Of a stretch of 64,000 nucleotides of DNA, positions 62,305 through 64,000 are shown piece after piece. A program made the translations under genes and the position numbers. Origin of the DNA: Terriglobia bacterium (GTDB lineage Bacteria > Acidobacteriota > Terriglobia > UBA7540); the NCBI GenBank assembly GCA_050011515.1, contig JBEKIZ010000003.1, forward strand, positions 16,805 to 80,804. Reading direction: 5' to 3'. Under the pieces are notes generated by a model, which was not told where the DNA came from, did no database searches, and saw only the letters and a list, made by a program, of their open reading frames with translations. Each line of letters starts with the position of its first letter. Position 1 is the stretch's first letter.

Positions 62305-62399
62305 CCTGAGCGCGCGAGGTTGCGGTTTTCGCCTGCTCGGGCTAAAGTAAGGGGTAGACACGGGCGAACAATGCAGGCTGGCGACGCAGGTATCGATCG

Positions 62400-63326
62400 A
62401 TGAGGCTGCAAGAAAAAATACTGAACCCTTCCATTCCGGTGACGCTCTTTGAAGTGGTCCCGCCGGCTGAGGATCAGCCGGGGGCAATCAACGAATCCCT
62501 TGCGGAACTGAGAAGGGTCAAGCAATTCGTGGACGGGGTCAACCTTCCGGAAATTCACGACGAAGATCGCGGGACGGAGCGAACCAGCAAGTTTGTGCCG
62601 CGCGTGGAGCCGCGAGTGTTTGGCTCACGCATTCAGCGCGAGCTGGAAGCGGACGTGGTTCTCAACCGCGTGGTCGTCCATGACCCGAAGCCGGAAATAT
62701 GGTTCCGCGAGACCTGCCTGGAATGGGGCCTGAGGCACCTCGTGCTGGTGGGCGGCGAATCCGCCGAGCTCCGCTATCCCGGGCCGAGCGTCATGGAAGC
62801 CGCAGCCTTGGTGCGGAGGGAGGGACTGCCGATAATGCTGGGGGGAATTACGATTCCCAGCCGAAAGAACGAATCCGACCGGATTCGCATCAAGACCAGG
62901 GCGGGTATCGACTTTTTCACCTCGCAGATTCTGTTCGACTCGAATGACGTGGTGTGGCTCATCCAGCGGCTCAACGGCGTGCCGGCGCGCGTTTTCCTCA
63001 GCTTCGCTCCGGTCAGCCACCGCCGCGATTTGCAGTTCCTGCGCTGGCTGGGGGCTGACATCCCAAAGGACCTCGATCGTTTCCTGCTGGGCTCGGAAGA
63101 CGGCGCCACGGCCCCCACCGAGACGTGCCTGGAGAGGTCGCTCGACCTGGCGCAGCGCATCCTGATGGATGTTTTCGACAACCTGCCTCCTGACCCGCCG
63201 CCCCTCGGGCTCAACATTGAGCACATCAACCGCAGGAATTTTTCACCCGCGATCAAGATGCTGGATCGGCTTGGTAATCTCTACACCAACCTCGTGGCGG
63301 CGCGCGCCCGCGCCAGCCTGGTGTGA
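62400..63326 (+). CDS. Methylenetetrahydrofolate reductase-like TIM-barrel protein (assignment tentative)
   Basis: 308 aa. LFEVVPP... and FFTSQILFD resemble the MetF-family blocks (EFFPPK, TQ.FFD). No cofactor motif could be verified. Confidence 0.45.
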   Translation: MRLQEKILNPSIPVTLFEVVPPAEDQPGAINESLAELRRVKQFVDGVNLPEIHDEDRGTERTSKFVPRVEPRVFGSRIQRELEADVVLNRVVVHDPKPEIWFRETCLEWGLRHLVLVGGESAELRYPGPSVMEAAALVRREGLPIMLGGITIPSRKNESDRIRIKTRAGIDFFTSQILFDSNDVVWLIQRLNGVPARVFLSFAPVSHRRDLQFLRWLGADIPKDLDRFLLGSEDGATAPTETCLERSLDLAQRILMDVFDNLPPDPPPLGLNIEHINRRNFSPAIKMLDRLGNLYTNLVAARARASLV

Positions 63327-63354
63327 CTCGTCAGCCGATGTGGCACGGACGTCT

Positions 63355-63540
63355 CTGTCATCCCGAGCCCTTCACTGTCATTCCGAGCGCAGCGAGGAAT
63401 CTCGCTCTGCCCGTTCAGGGTAAACTCCGCGAGGAATCTCGCCCTGGTTCTTCCTTCAGCCTACCCCCTGGTCCCCTTGAGCTCCGATCCACTTCACGCA
63501 GAGCGAGATTCCTCTCCCGCGACTGCGGGATCGGAATGAC
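63355..63540. repeat. Family-A REP cluster (several GTCATYCCGAG / GAGGAATCTCGC modules)
   Basis: ctgtcatcccgag...gtcattccgagcgcagcgaggaatctcgct...cgcgaggaatctcgcc...gcagagcgagattcctctc...gggatcggaatgac. Confidence 0.8.
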
Positions 63541-63592
63541 ATCCACTTTTCTTCTGCTGGCCATGGCGACTCGGCTGGCATAGAATGCCGAC

Positions 63593-64000
63593 GTGGATCG
63601 AGAACGAAAAAAGCCGCAAGGTTCTCTGTTTGATGTAGCGGTGATGGCGGCCATCCCTCATCCGCTTACTTATCGTTTCCCGGATTCTCTTTCAGTTTCT
63701 CCCGGCCAGCGGGTACTGGTCCCCTTGGCGGCGCGCAAGGCGACGGGAATCGTGCTCCGTCCAACAGGCCGGCTGGCGCCTGGAATCGACGTGCGTGAGG
63801 CGTTGCGCGTACTCGATCCCGAACCTGTCCTCTCTCCGGAACTCGTAAGGCTCGGACTCTGGATTTCAGATTACTACCTTGCTCCACCCGGGCAAGTCTT
63901 CCGTGCCATGTTGCCGCTGAGACACGAGACTCGGCGTGCTCGGCTTGTCCACCTGACGGATGAGGGAAGGGGAAAGATGCAGGAACTCCTGGCCAGCCTG
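63593..64000 (+). CDS. priA: Primosomal protein N' (PriA), 5' partial
   Basis: The frame is open from 63584 to the window end. LFDVAVMAAIPHPLTYRFP...GQRVLVPLAARKATGIV matches the PriA N-terminal winged-helix pattern. The start is GTG 63593 or ATG 63644. Confidence 0.75.
   Translation, partial: MDRERKKPQGSLFDVAVMAAIPHPLTYRFPDSLSVSPGQRVLVPLAARKATGIVLRPTGRLAPGIDVREALRVLDPEPVLSPELVRLGLWISDYYLAPPGQVFRAMLPLRHETRRARLVHLTDEGRGKMQELLASL

Overview
This is a high-GC bacterial chromosomal segment. A few stretches look clearly lower in GC by eye, but I did not compute composition. Gene content and the dense families of GC-rich palindromic repeats suggest an Acidobacteriota-like soil bacterium; that is inference only. 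All functional calls come from motifs I recognise in the supplied translations, and no searches were run.

I can support about 46 protein genes, one tRNA-Asn(GTT), two copies of a MITE-like element with 8-bp target-site duplications, and several REP-like repeat families.

Housekeeping genes: serS, asnA, a long-chain polyprenyl synthase, tatA, serA, priA (5' partial) and a CDF metal exporter.

Notable blocks:
- **7.9-12.7 kb:** five tightly packed genes for secreted or anchored proteins of unknown function, built around an SLT lytic transglycosylase.
- **14.8-25.8 kb:** a co-directional polyol/cyclitol-type cluster. It contains DUF885, two Zn-ADHs, a bifunctional aldolase/SDR, a PHP phosphoesterase, myo-inositol-1-phosphate synthase, an MDR dehydrogenase and a mannitol-DH-family enzyme.
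- **26.5-42.1 kb (strongest candidate for an undescribed system):** a six-gene, entirely extracytoplasmic and partly translationally coupled operon. It encodes a beta-propeller, a VIT+vWA protein, a 2,499-aa membrane-anchored TPR solenoid, a 576-aa unknown protein, a minimal PBP-fold transpeptidase-domain protein and SpoIID.
- **44.4-62 kb:** a more mosaic region. It starts at tRNA-Asn, whose 3' end is duplicated. It includes a lower-GC stretch, an HTH protein, two FGE-sulfatase-domain proteins (one fused to a Ser/Thr kinase, one interrupted by an in-frame TAA), an HNH-STAND-TPR (Avs-like) gene broken by a 1-nt insertion, PIN-toxin remnants and an ORF-free field of mini-hairpins.

No CRISPR array, rRNA, integrase or transposase gene was found.
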